Shown: positions 47,055 through 57,334 of the stretch, one piece after another | How positions within the stretch are numbered: position 1 is the stretch's first letter | Layout: the number at the start of each line of letters is the position of its first letter | Assembly (NCBI GenBank): GCA_000493945.1 | Contig: AWNW01000008.1 | Coordinates: forward strand, 466-64,465 | Length of the DNA: 64,000 nucleotides | Direction of reading: 5' to 3' | DNA from: Candidatus Hydrogenedens terephthalaticus JGI OTU-1 | Lineage (GTDB): Bacteria; Hydrogenedentota; Hydrogenedentia; Hydrogenedentales; Hydrogenedentaceae | Translations under genes and position numbers: made by a program | Notes under the pieces: model-generated | Database searches by the model: none | Told to the model about the DNA's origin: nothing | Seen by the model: the letters and a program-made list of their open reading frames with translations, nothing else

Positions 47055-47513
47055 TTATTCAGATGAATTTGAAACAGAATAAGGAGTTACAATTGCATTT
47101 GCAAGGGCATGCACTTTCTCACGATAGTTCTTGGCTTTTCCAGTGAGTAATAATAATTTCCGACTTTTTGCAGATATAGAGATTTCAATAGTAAGGGCAG
47201 ACGAAGTGATTGGGATGGGATTGATCAAAGAAAAATTCGTTTGAATAGGAATACATGGGCGATTTGCGATTGAAAAAGCGAAGCAATAGAAGGCTTCATT
47301 AAACGCAAAGGATAAATATCCCGGGTGTAGAAAACCCATGCAATCTTGATAAAGAGGATTACACGGTAGAATAAAAGAAATACTTTTTCCTACTTGAACG
47401 CCAGCTACACTCATTTTCAGTTCTGAAAAAGAGTGCGAGGGCCATTTTAAACTAAGCCCTTCAACCTGATATTGGTCAAGAGCCTTAAAAAATTGTTCAC
47501 TTAAATTATCCAC
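47055..47513 (-). CDS. PaaI/hot-dog fold thioesterase-like protein
   Basis: NP...MGFLHPG, T..S..NP pattern; GTG start. Confidence 0.65.
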   Translation of the reverse strand: MDNLSEQFFKALDQYQVEGLSLKWPSHSFSELKMSVAGVQVGKSISFILPCNPLYQDCMGFLHPGYLSFAFNEAFYCFAFSIANRPCIPIQTNFSLINPIPITSSALTIEISISAKSRKLLLLTGKAKNYREKVHALANAIVTPYSVSNSSE

Positions 47514-47592
47514 ATCTCATACCCCATGTTTAATATTTAAATTTTATGATGAGATGTTATTATAATCTTTTTTTACACATTTGTCAAATATT

Positions 47593-48819
47593 TTATATCT
47601 TGTTTATATCAACTGCAGGTGCATCCAATTGCTCGTAAACGGGTAATGGTCCGATTAAGGGACGAAGATAATTTATATATTCCGCTGTTACTCCATTACC
47701 GGCTTCATTAATAAACGCATCGCTCATATATTTTGTCTTATTTGCAATTTCTTCCAATGGTTTTAACTCGTAGCGAACAACATAATCTGCTATTCGTTGG
47801 ATGGATACAGAACCAGTTTGATTTTGTCCTGCGGAGAATTGCACTGCTTTTTCACCCACTTCTCGGGCTTCTCTCTGGTCAACTTCACTTACACAGCCTA
47901 AGAAACTTCTCTGTGGATATCCTAATGTATCCGCACGCGCTCTGATTTTCTCTATTTTAAGTTCCTTAAATCTTTCTTTTAAATATACAACCAAATCATC
48001 TCCTAATGCTCCCGTGCCTGATAATTGAACATGTCCGAAGGAATCCACTTCCCCTTTTGTGAACCGCTCCGCAATGGTTGTTCCACTTTCATCATGAACA
48101 CCTTCGGAAACGGCAATCAAACAACGCCCTAAACGATCATATACTTCTTTTACATCTGTGAAGAACTGTTCAAGTTTTAAAGGTCTTTCTGGCAAATAGA
48201 CTAAATGAGGACCATCATCATTGTATTTCTTCGCATAAGCAGATGCAGCGGTTAAAAATCCTGAGTGTCGTCCCATAACTACAACAATATGAATGCCCGG
48301 CAATGCTTTATTATCTAAGTTAATCCCGGCAAATGCTTGTGCTACATATTTTGCCGCAGAAGGGAAGCCAGGACAATGGTCATTGAGAACTAAGTCATTA
48401 TCAATCGTTTTAGGAACATGAATAAGTCTCAAATCATAATTTTCACTTTTTGCAGATTCTCCGATGATTCTGCATGTTTCAGAACTATCATTTCCGCCAA
48501 TATAGCAAAAATAGCGTATATTATATTTTTTAAATACATTGAAGATTTTTTTACAGAATTCGGCATCGGGCTTTTTACGGGTTGATAATAAGGCAGAAGA
48601 TGGAGTCTGTGCCACTGCTTCTAACTGGTGCGAGGGTAATTCAGTCAGGTCTAATAAATTTTCGTCAACAATCCCCTGGACACCATGTTTTGCACCGAAA
48701 ATATGAGTAATTTGTGCATATTTTCTTGCTTCTGTAATAACTCCAACTAAACTTTGATTAATAACCGCAGTGGGACCACCACCTTGGGCTACAAGTAAAT
48801 TACCCTTTAATGTTGACAT
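47593..48819 (-). CDS. pfp: pyrophosphate-dependent 6-phosphofructokinase
   Basis: QGGGPTAVIN, IGGNDS (Asp diagnostic of PPi use), PKTIDND, MGRHSGFL. Confidence 0.9.
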   Translation of the reverse strand: MSTLKGNLLVAQGGGPTAVINQSLVGVITEARKYAQITHIFGAKHGVQGIVDENLLDLTELPSHQLEAVAQTPSSALLSTRKKPDAEFCKKIFNVFKKYNIRYFCYIGGNDSSETCRIIGESAKSENYDLRLIHVPKTIDNDLVLNDHCPGFPSAAKYVAQAFAGINLDNKALPGIHIVVVMGRHSGFLTAASAYAKKYNDDGPHLVYLPERPLKLEQFFTDVKEVYDRLGRCLIAVSEGVHDESGTTIAERFTKGEVDSFGHVQLSGTGALGDDLVVYLKERFKELKIEKIRARADTLGYPQRSFLGCVSEVDQREAREVGEKAVQFSAGQNQTGSVSIQRIADYVVRYELKPLEEIANKTKYMSDAFINEAGNGVTAEYINYLRPLIGPLPVYEQLDAPAVDINKI

Positions 48820-48962
48820 AGAACTTCTCCTGTGTTTATGTTTCGATTTAATTATCTTTCATTACTACAGAATAGGCTTATATTATGCCATGATGGGAAC
48901 TAAAAATACAAAGAGACCAGAATATTTTTCCCTAAATGTTTAGATAATGTGTAACCATATTA

Positions 48963-50201
48963 TTATAGAATAACTTCGGTTTCTTTTTGGAATTCATTTT
49001 CCAATTGTTCTAATGCATGGATACCTATTTCCAGTGCATTTTTCTGACGCTCGGTAACTACCCCTAATTGCTCATGCGATAACAGATGTAGAATATTTTT
49101 TAAGGTTGTAATATAAGTAAAAATTTGTGCAGTATGCTGAAATGATAAATTAGACTGTAAGCCTTTTAATAGAGATATTTTATTATTAATTTCTTCTTCC
49201 CGTTTATGAAGTAATTGTGAAATTTCTTCCAATCTTTTGTGTTCCCTCTTATCTATCATAATTCCGAAGAAATACTTCCTCTGATTTCGGTAAAAAACCT
49301 GAACAATGAAATCAACCGGTATTTCTTCCCCTGTAGAAGAAAGAGCAATCGCATTGATAACAACATTACTTCTTGACCGCAAGGCTAAAAGGTACTCCCC
49401 TATAACTGTATCATCAAAAAATAAACTTCGAATACGCTGCCCTATAAGTTCTGAGGAATCTATCTGAAAAAACTGGGATGTATAGGCATTGGTATCTGAT
49501 ATGATCTCATTTTCATCAAATATTAAAATAGGGCTCTGGATACTGTCTAAAATAGATTTTATTATCCCTTGAGTATACAAAAGTTCTTGTTGCACATGAT
49601 ACGACTCTCTCCGTATCTGTTGAATGTGGTGCAACAGGAAATAACAAAAGATACCTGATAGTAAAATCATAAAATTTTTCCAGAATAGATAATAGGTAGC
49701 GAATTCGAGACCTTCCCAGAACCAAATCCCTGTAATGGTGAAATTTAATGTAATAATAGATATAAGAGTCACAATTAGTGGGTGAGGTCTTTTTCGTGCA
49801 TATATCAAATTTCCAAAGGTAAGCAGAGGATAGAAAAGTATCAAAGGACTGTATTCTTTTTCTGTTACTACAACGGATGTAGTTATTGTAAGTAGGTGGA
49901 AAAAAAAGTTCAAAGGATTGGAAAATAGGGAATATTGTTTTAAATAAAAAACAATATGTGTGAAAAGGATATGTAAGATAATACACAACAAAAAAATAGA
50001 AATAAAATATTGCTGTGAAAATGATTCTATTGTATAGCCAACAATAACAACAATCAAAGTTAAATATCTAAGGAACAGAGATAAACTTTCGATGGATGTA
50101 ATAATCTGTATATTTGGTTCATTAGAGATCTCTTCTGGAACAATTTCCGTTATCCAGAGACTAAAAAAATTTTTTATGTTTTTTATCTGTTTTTGAAGCA
50201 T
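48963..50201 (-). CDS. membrane sensor protein: multi-TM + PAS + degenerate HisKA-like tail, no ATPase domain
   Basis: 5-6 TM helices; ILDSI..PILIFD...N......ELIG PAS; tail LG.VTERQK.ALEI; ends at 412 aa. Confidence 0.75.
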   Translation of the reverse strand: MLQKQIKNIKNFFSLWITEIVPEEISNEPNIQIITSIESLSLFLRYLTLIVVIVGYTIESFSQQYFISIFLLCIILHILFTHIVFYLKQYSLFSNPLNFFFHLLTITTSVVVTEKEYSPLILFYPLLTFGNLIYARKRPHPLIVTLISIITLNFTITGIWFWEGLEFATYYLFWKNFMILLSGIFCYFLLHHIQQIRRESYHVQQELLYTQGIIKSILDSIQSPILIFDENEIISDTNAYTSQFFQIDSSELIGQRIRSLFFDDTVIGEYLLALRSRSNVVINAIALSSTGEEIPVDFIVQVFYRNQRKYFFGIMIDKREHKRLEEISQLLHKREEEINNKISLLKGLQSNLSFQHTAQIFTYITTLKNILHLLSHEQLGVVTERQKNALEIGIHALEQLENEFQKETEVIL

Positions 50202-50376
50202 TACTCATTAATGATTAATTCTGTATTTACTTAGGTGATAATTATATATCTTTCTACTCAAAATATCATATCTTCTGGGGGTTTGTATTTCAAGGAATAT
50301 TTTTTCATAAAAGTATTTATGTATAATAACTCATACATGTTGTTCCCGTCACAATTAACAATAGAGGAGAACTCTT

Positions 50377-51813
50377 ATGGCTAAAATCGCAATGATAGGG
50401 GCAGGAAGTATCGTTTTTTGCAAAACTTTGTTCATGGACCTCGTTTCTGTGCCGGCTTTTCAAGATGCAGAATTTTGGTTCATGAGTCCTACTCGAAAAA
50501 AATTAGAGCGTATGAAGTTTTTTGCGGACCGCGTGGTAAAAGATAACGGATTGAAAGCGAAAACCTACATCACGCAGGACCGTCGGGAAGCACTTAATCA
50601 GGCGGATTATGTAATTGCAATGCTTCAGATAGGGGGCGTGAATGCCTTTAAGTATGATTATGAAATACCTTTGAAATATGGTGTTGACCAGTGTATTGGC
50701 GATACAATGGGTCCGGGCGGAATTTTTAGGGCGTTGCGAACAATACCCGTGATGATGGACCTCGCTCGAGATATGCAGGAACTCTGTCCACATGCTTACT
50801 TGCTGAATTATGTCAATCCTATGGCAATGGTATGTTGGGCTTTGGGAAAAATTCCGGGATTAAAGTTTGTGGGTCTCTGTCATGGTGTCCAGACAACGCT
50901 GGATTTAATCTCGGGTTATGTAGAAGTCCCCAAAAATGAGATTGATTATCTGGTAGCAGGCATTAATCACATGGCTTGGTTCCTGCGTATTGAACACAAA
51001 GGAAAGGATTTGTATCCTCTATTTAAACTCCGTTGTGAACAACCGGAATATTATGTGAATGAAAAGGTTCGTATAGAGGTTATGAGACATTTTGGGTATT
51101 TTATGACAGAGAGTACAGGACATTTATCTGAATATATTCCGTGGTTTCGCAGTCATGAAAGGACACTACAAACATATTGCGACGAGCCCTCCTTTGGTGG
51201 AGAGTCCGGTGCTTATTACAAGTGGTGCAGGCTAATAGCGGATAGACTGGAAAATGAAGATTTATTAGAGAATGAACCGACAAAAATTACTCATCGAAGT
51301 GTTGAATATTGCTCCTATATATTAGAAGCATTGCAAACGGGAAAAACATTTAAGTTTCAGGGAAATGTCCGAAATGACCATTATATTACCAATTTGCCGG
51401 AGGGCAGTTGTGTTGAAATCCCAGTTTTTGCTGATAAGATGGGACTTCATCCAACGCATATAGGGGCATTACCTCCGCAATGTGCAGGTCTGAATTTAAC
51501 AAATGTTAATGTTCAAGGATTGACCGTCGAATCAGCGATTCAGGGAGACCCCGAATTGGTTGTTTCTGCCTGTGCCTTAGACCCATTGACTTCTGCTTGT
51601 TTATCTTTGAAAGAAGTGCGTGACCTGGTTGCGGAAATGTTAGAAGCAGAGCAATCGTGGCTTCCTCAGTTTGCCGGAAAATCTCTGAAACCAACCCCGA
51701 TAATATCCATTCCTAAAGATGTGCAAAGAGCAAAAGTGCCTTTAGACCCTGCCCTTGCTGTAGTTCATCGTTTTGGTGAATTGGCAGACAAAGCAAGCAA
51801 GACTACATCATAA
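50377..51813 (+). CDS. melA: GH4 alpha-galactosidase (NAD+/Mn2+-dependent)
   Basis: KIAMIGAGSIVF, IPLKYGVDQCIGDTMGPGGIFRALRT, LNYVNPMA, GLCHGVQ, AGINH, TESTGHLSEY.PWF. Confidence 0.92.
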   Translation: MAKIAMIGAGSIVFCKTLFMDLVSVPAFQDAEFWFMSPTRKKLERMKFFADRVVKDNGLKAKTYITQDRREALNQADYVIAMLQIGGVNAFKYDYEIPLKYGVDQCIGDTMGPGGIFRALRTIPVMMDLARDMQELCPHAYLLNYVNPMAMVCWALGKIPGLKFVGLCHGVQTTLDLISGYVEVPKNEIDYLVAGINHMAWFLRIEHKGKDLYPLFKLRCEQPEYYVNEKVRIEVMRHFGYFMTESTGHLSEYIPWFRSHERTLQTYCDEPSFGGESGAYYKWCRLIADRLENEDLLENEPTKITHRSVEYCSYILEALQTGKTFKFQGNVRNDHYITNLPEGSCVEIPVFADKMGLHPTHIGALPPQCAGLNLTNVNVQGLTVESAIQGDPELVVSACALDPLTSACLSLKEVRDLVAEMLEAEQSWLPQFAGKSLKPTPIISIPKDVQRAKVPLDPALAVVHRFGELADKASKTTS

Positions 51814-51836
51814 GTAATAAACAGGAGTTACAAAAT

Positions 51837-53138
51837 ATGTCAAAAAATCAGAAAAATGAGGGTTTTAATAGGAGAAAATTCCTCAAGAAAATATCCGGAC
51901 TTGCCTTATTGGGAAGTTCTACATACTTTTCAAAGGCGTTTGCAGCAAATGTCGGTTTATCCGATGTAGTGCGTATCGCAGTTATTGGAAACGGAGGTAT
52001 GGGCTCAAGACATATTGAAGCCCTTGCTATGAACCCCAATTGCCAGATAATTGCCCTGTGTGATGTTGCAAAAAGCCGTTACTATACCGCTATTGAAACA
52101 GTAGAAAAATTAAACGGTAAAAAGCCAGAAGGTTTTCAAGATTTTCGGTATTTGTTAGACAGAGACGACATTGATGCGGTATTTGTGGCTACACCCGACC
52201 ACTGGCATGCTTTGTTAACCATTATGTTTTGCCGTGCTGGAAAGGATGTCTATGTAGAAAAGCCTGTTTGCACGACTGTTCAAGAGGGCCGTGCTATGGT
52301 AGATACAGCCCGAAGGTATGGACGAGTAGTGCAAGCAGGAACACAACAGCGTTCTATGCCCGTATTTCAAAGGGCAATACATATTATCCATTCAGGACGA
52401 TTAGGCACAATAACCTCTGCCCGTGCCTGGGTTGGAGTGAATGGGTGGATACCGGGAGAGAAAATTGAACCTATTCCGCGGGGTTTGGACTGGGATTTAT
52501 GGTTAGGTCCAGCGCCCTATGTTCCATTTTCGAGAGAGCGTTTTGGTGGCTTCATGGGCTTTTTTGATTATGCAAGGGGAGGAGAACTAACCAATTGGGG
52601 AATACACCTGATGGATATTGTTCAGTGGGGAATTCAGCAGTCTGCACCATTAACCATTCAGTCCGGTGGTGGTAGTTATCGTATGGGAGCCGGTGCTGAT
52701 AATTACGAAACAATCGAGTCTGTAATGGAATTTCCCGGCTGCCTTGTAACATGGGAACAAAGACACGCCAATTCTCACGAAAACAAAGGATATGGAATTG
52801 CTTTTTATGGAACGGAAGGCGCCTTATTTGTAGATAGAAATTCTTTTGTGATTCGATATAAAGACGGGTCTCGTGCTCCTGAATTTATTGGAGAGCCAGA
52901 ACGCAGTTGGGCAAATACAGACCATCACAATAATTTCTTCGATTGTGTCCGTACTCGCTGTAAGCCTCATGCAGATATAGAACAGGGTTTCCGTTCTACT
53001 ACAACGGTGCTTCTTGCCGGTATATCCTTGCGTTGCGGTAGGAAATTGGTATGGAATGCTGAAGAAGAAAAATTTATAAACGATGATGATGCGAATCGGT
53101 ATCTCGTTAGAACTTATCGCCCTCCATGGCATTTGTAA
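51837..53138 (+). CDS. Tat-exported Gfo/Idh/MocA oxidoreductase
   Basis: NRRKFLK Tat motif; IAVIGNGGMG, ATPDHWH, KDVYVEKP, QAGTQQRS, LDWDLWLGPAP, NWGIHLMD. Confidence 0.92.
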   Translation: MSKNQKNEGFNRRKFLKKISGLALLGSSTYFSKAFAANVGLSDVVRIAVIGNGGMGSRHIEALAMNPNCQIIALCDVAKSRYYTAIETVEKLNGKKPEGFQDFRYLLDRDDIDAVFVATPDHWHALLTIMFCRAGKDVYVEKPVCTTVQEGRAMVDTARRYGRVVQAGTQQRSMPVFQRAIHIIHSGRLGTITSARAWVGVNGWIPGEKIEPIPRGLDWDLWLGPAPYVPFSRERFGGFMGFFDYARGGELTNWGIHLMDIVQWGIQQSAPLTIQSGGGSYRMGAGADNYETIESVMEFPGCLVTWEQRHANSHENKGYGIAFYGTEGALFVDRNSFVIRYKDGSRAPEFIGEPERSWANTDHHNNFFDCVRTRCKPHADIEQGFRSTTTVLLAGISLRCGRKLVWNAEEEKFINDDDANRYLVRTYRPPWHL

Positions 53139-53162
53139 ATACACAAGAAAGGAATAATAGTT

Positions 53163-55271
53163 ATGCTAACGCCCTTATTAACAGTTTTTCTAATAATCTC
53201 TGTGATACAGGTACCTGCTGATTTTGACAGGACACTATCCATTGAACAACTGGTGGGAAAATTAAATTCAGATAATCCACAGGAGCATGCAATTGCCCGA
53301 CAGTTATTACCTTTCAAGCCCCCTATGGAAGTTTTGCCTAAAATTATCCCCGCATTAGGTTCTGATAATCCATCTATAAGTGGGGCTGCAAAAAATATCC
53401 TATTTGATATAACCAATCGCATGACCAAAAGCGAACAGTCAGAAAAGGCACAGTATATTAAATTGTTATTAGGTTATTTTGCAGATACTTCCTTGAACGA
53501 CTTATCGCGTGAATATATTTTAAAAGCATTATCTTTCATCGTAGATGAAGAAACACCCCCTGATATTCTTCAAAAGTCTTTGTTGCAACCTTTATGGAGG
53601 GAAAAGGTGCGAACCGCACTTGTCGAGAACGGAACCATGCTATCTGCAAAAATTTTATGTAATAGTTTGAGCCTTCTTTCGGATGAAGAAAAAGTGGCTA
53701 TCCTTTTAGGGCTATACCAGATGGAAAAAGTTCCGTGTATTGAAGAAATAGCCGTGCTGTTAGATAGTCCCATGATGTCTGTAAAAGTCGCATCTGCACG
53801 AGTGATTGCAAATACAGGGTCAGTACTTTATGCCCCTAAATTATTGGATATGTGTAAATCCACCTCGGAAACAGAACCCCTGTATCAGGAATTATGGGAC
53901 ACTTATATTCGTCTGGCAGAAAAGGCTGCTCTGAATGGCGGAAATTGGGATTACACAATTTTTATGTATCGAAATGTTATTGAAAATTGCAAAATATCGG
54001 AGATTGTAGAATCGGCTATTATCGGACTGGGACGATATGGGGACGAAACAGTTATACCCGATTTAGAAGCAATTCTTCTAAATTCAGAAAAAGAAAGGTT
54101 TTATATGTCTGTATTTTATGCAATAAAAATGTTGAACATCCCCGCTGCAACCCAACCTATGCTGAAACTATGTTCTAAACTCCCCAAAGAAAAACAAATT
54201 TATTTGTTACCTTTCTTAATTCAGAGAAATAATGAAGAAGGCAAGACAATAGTTCAAAGTCTACTAAAGGAAACGGGGACAAATGGTAAAAAAATGTTTT
54301 TAAATGCATTTTACGAAACCCCATCTTTGTTGTATGTAGATTATATCCCGACAATAATAGAAACTCTGGAAGAATCTGAAAAACAGAAATTAGTAGAATG
54401 CCTCTGGCGGGTGATAGCCTCTTATCATGAAGTAGAAGAATCCGATAAACACCTTATAGGAAGAGCGAGTTTATACCTATTTAAACTATGTCCTGAGGAA
54501 GAACGGGAGATGGTTCTGGAGGAAATAAAGAAGTTCCCTGTCCCGGAAACTGTGGATGTAATACTTCCTGAATTAGGTAAAGAGGATCCTAAAAATCTGC
54601 CTTTCCCATTACTTTTTGAGTTATATAACACGCTGACCGATGATAATAAAGAAAAGCGAAACCAGATATATGAAATATTGAGAGAACAATTAGCAACCAC
54701 ATCTTTGGAAAAAGTTATTGGTAACATAAGTAATTCAAAAAATCTACCTCAATTTTATTCATTAGTCGGTTTTGTTGATAAATGGAATTTACTGGGACCA
54801 TTCCCATGGAATACTCAGACACCCTTTGATGAAAATTATGGATTTCCTCAGCCTATTTCGATAGATAGCCCTTATAAGTATAAAGAAAAAGATTATGTTT
54901 GGAAAAAGGATGTTTCAGCGGAGGGTTGGGGTTATGTAGGATTGATGGGGTTATGCTCACAATCTTCGATAGAATGTGAGAATGTATGTGCTTTTGCGTA
55001 TACAAAGATAGAAGCTCCTGAAGATACTTCGGCGTTTGCTTGTATAGGTTCCGATGATGGTTTCCGTTTATGGATAAATCAGGAAGAGATTACTAATAAG
55101 TATGTAGACCGTGGTATGAAGGTAGATGAAGATAAAGTAGAGATTCATTTAAAGAAAGGGGAGAATGAAATTTTACTCCAGATAACCCAGATAAAAGGGG
55201 GGTGGAATTTTTGTTTCAGACTAACCGATGCTTCTGGAAAACCACTTATATTTAACATAAAACCTTTATAG
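53163..55271 (+). CDS. exported HEAT-repeat protein with C-terminal PA14-like beta-sandwich
   Basis: Signal-like N-terminus, long helical repeats, C-terminal WNLLGPF, GSDDGFRLWIN, LKKGENEILL. Confidence 0.75.
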   Translation: MLTPLLTVFLIISVIQVPADFDRTLSIEQLVGKLNSDNPQEHAIARQLLPFKPPMEVLPKIIPALGSDNPSISGAAKNILFDITNRMTKSEQSEKAQYIKLLLGYFADTSLNDLSREYILKALSFIVDEETPPDILQKSLLQPLWREKVRTALVENGTMLSAKILCNSLSLLSDEEKVAILLGLYQMEKVPCIEEIAVLLDSPMMSVKVASARVIANTGSVLYAPKLLDMCKSTSETEPLYQELWDTYIRLAEKAALNGGNWDYTIFMYRNVIENCKISEIVESAIIGLGRYGDETVIPDLEAILLNSEKERFYMSVFYAIKMLNIPAATQPMLKLCSKLPKEKQIYLLPFLIQRNNEEGKTIVQSLLKETGTNGKKMFLNAFYETPSLLYVDYIPTIIETLEESEKQKLVECLWRVIASYHEVEESDKHLIGRASLYLFKLCPEEEREMVLEEIKKFPVPETVDVILPELGKEDPKNLPFPLLFELYNTLTDDNKEKRNQIYEILREQLATTSLEKVIGNISNSKNLPQFYSLVGFVDKWNLLGPFPWNTQTPFDENYGFPQPISIDSPYKYKEKDYVWKKDVSAEGWGYVGLMGLCSQSSIECENVCAFAYTKIEAPEDTSAFACIGSDDGFRLWINQEEITNKYVDRGMKVDEDKVEIHLKKGENEILLQITQIKGGWNFCFRLTDASGKPLIFNIKPL

Positions 55272-55281
55272 GAGAAAAGAA

Positions 55282-56442
55282 ATGTTTTTTGTTGCACTTT
55301 CCCTTATTTTTAGTGGAATTTTAAATGCTGTTGATGCAGAAAATTATTTGTCCTTTCAACGAGAACGGATCGGGCAAGGAATTTACGAAGCCGCATCTAT
55401 TTTTGATGTAAATAATGATGGTATTCAGGATATTTATTCAGGTGAATTCTGGTATGAAGGTCCTGATTTCAAAAAGGCACATCGTGTATGTGTGCTACAA
55501 CCTATGGATGATTATTACGATGATTTCTCTAATTATCCAATGGATGTAAATGGCGATGGCTATATGGATGTTATTACAGGCGGTTGGTGGGGAAAGACCT
55601 TACGCTGGCGTGAAAATCCCCGGGGAAAAGATGAACTGTGGATCACACATGATATAGCAGAAGTCGGCAATATTGAACGGGCTATTTTTTGTGATTTGGA
55701 TAAGGATGGTATTGTGGAAGTTATTCCTGTTACAAAGCCCGTTTATATTTTTAAATTAAAAATTTCTGACAATGGAAAACCTGTTGGCGAATTTATTAAG
55801 TATGAAATAAAAACAGATGGAGCAGGGGGGCATGGAGCAGGTTACGGAGATGTGGATAGCGATGGAAATATAGACCTGTTGTTTTCGGGTGGCTGGTTAA
55901 AATCCCCTGCAAATCCCTTTGATGTAGGAGGATGGCAATGGTTCCCGGAGTGGAATTTGGGTTCGGCAAGTGTCCCGATTTTGACCCATGATGTTAACAA
56001 AGATGGGAAAAACGATATTTTGGTGGGTTCTGCTCATGACTATGGTCTGTTCTGGTATGAACAAAAGATTTCAGTAGATGGGAAAAGGACATGGGAGAAA
56101 CATATTATAGATGAGTATCGGTCGCAATATCATGATATTCAACTGCACGATATTGATAATGATGGGGAATTGGAATTAGTTACGGGAAAACGCTATCGTG
56201 CTCATGCATTCCATGACCCGGGTTCAAAAGACCCATTGGGAGTTTATTACTTCAAAATTAAAAACGGCGAATTTCATCGTTATACGATTGACTACGGACA
56301 TGCAGGAAAAGCAAGTGGCGTTGGAATCTATTTCTGGGTTGAAGATATAGACAAAAATGGCTGGAAAGATATTGTCGCACCCGGGAAAGAAGGTGTTTTT
56401 CTCTTCCGTAATTTCGGACCTATCCAATTGACAAAAAAATAA
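55282..56442 (+). CDS. FG-GAP/VCBS repeat (beta-propeller) protein
   Basis: Repeated D-x-N/D-x-DG-x-x-D: DVNNDGIQD, DVNGDGYMD, DLDKDGIVE, DVDSDGNID, DVNKDGKND, DIDNDGELE, DIDKNGWKD. Confidence 0.88.
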   Translation: MFFVALSLIFSGILNAVDAENYLSFQRERIGQGIYEAASIFDVNNDGIQDIYSGEFWYEGPDFKKAHRVCVLQPMDDYYDDFSNYPMDVNGDGYMDVITGGWWGKTLRWRENPRGKDELWITHDIAEVGNIERAIFCDLDKDGIVEVIPVTKPVYIFKLKISDNGKPVGEFIKYEIKTDGAGGHGAGYGDVDSDGNIDLLFSGGWLKSPANPFDVGGWQWFPEWNLGSASVPILTHDVNKDGKNDILVGSAHDYGLFWYEQKISVDGKRTWEKHIIDEYRSQYHDIQLHDIDNDGELELVTGKRYRAHAFHDPGSKDPLGVYYFKIKNGEFHRYTIDYGHAGKASGVGIYFWVEDIDKNGWKDIVAPGKEGVFLFRNFGPIQLTKK

Positions 56443-56558
56443 TCCGAGTAATCTAAAAAACGGTAATTAAACAAAAACCCAATTATGGCGATTACATAGT
56501 TTGAAAAACTGTATAAAGTAGATGGACTTTTGTTTTTAAGATAAATGATTTTTTCATG

Positions 56559-56972
56559 CTACGAAAGATCCGAATAGATACGAATGAAGTAAAAAATAAA
56601 GGAAATAAACTTTATTTCTTTTCTACATAAATGACCTCTGTACATTCAATGAAAAACAGGTTTCCTTTATATTTCGCGATACCAAAAAACCTAAAATTTG
56701 TCAAAAGTTTGTATATTTGAATAATGTAGCTGAAGCGTCCTCGCTTTGGATATTTAATTTCACACCCTCATAAAAATAAAATCTATTGTAGAGGCGAAAA
56801 ATCTTTCGCCTCCACATTGTGAACTCTGAGCAAGGTCTTTGTGCCCTTTGTGGTAAAAGGACTTTTCCCTCTAAAAATACCCGAAGCGGGGACGCTTCAT
56901 CTACATTGATAAAATGATGCATGATGGATTTTTTCCATTCGTTTTATTCGGGTCTATTCGTGGAATTCGTGG
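56559..56972. repeat. nested cluster of REP-like elements
   Basis: 27-bp inverted pair 56723-56749 / 56881-56907 (24/27 identical) enclosing GTAGAGGCGAAAAATCTTTCGCCTCCAC (56788-56815) and CTTTGTGCCCTTTGTGG (56837-56853); outer imperfect inverted CGAAT-repeat arms at 56559-56589 and 56935-56972. Confidence 0.75.
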
Positions 56973-57334
56973 TTATAATTTTTTACTAATTTAAATCTAT
57001 TCTACGAATGGGAAAAGTAGCGTATGTCAAGTTGTGAGATATCCCCTTTCTTTGGTCATTCTTATTTTTGGCGTTCTTCATAGTTTATAATCTATGCGTT
57101 GCCTATGTGCCATAATTGTTCATCTAATATTTCCATGGACTTTGCCCCCTTATATTTATTTTCCTATCTATCTGTGAAGTATATTTCTTGATAACTTATT
57201 ACAAGATGAAGGTGTAATTTTATATGCATAGGTTGGGGATATTGTTTTTGCTCATCTAAATATTTAACAATATAGTTGCTTGTTTTTTACAACAAATGGA
57301 TAGATTGCGGTCTTATTTTTAAGGTTCTGTTATA

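Noticed and set aside
49516-49986. 156-aa alternative-frame ORF inside the PAS sensor gene
   Set aside because: Nested in the TM-coding region, with no motifs and composition typical of a shadow frame in AT-rich DNA
50319-50338. ATGTAT-N8-ATACAT palindrome overlapping a TATAAT upstream of melA
   Set aside because: Six-bp AT-rich arms are expected by chance at this composition, and there is no matching -35 or second copy
56701-56922. 73-aa minus-strand ORF across the repeat cluster
   Set aside because: It translates the palindromic repeats themselves; no RBS or protein motif
56973-57334. Possible gene remnant (e.g. MEILDEQLWHIGNA on the minus strand after a G-rich RBS-like run)
   Set aside because: Fragments are too short and interrupted to assign by eye; a tblastx search would be needed
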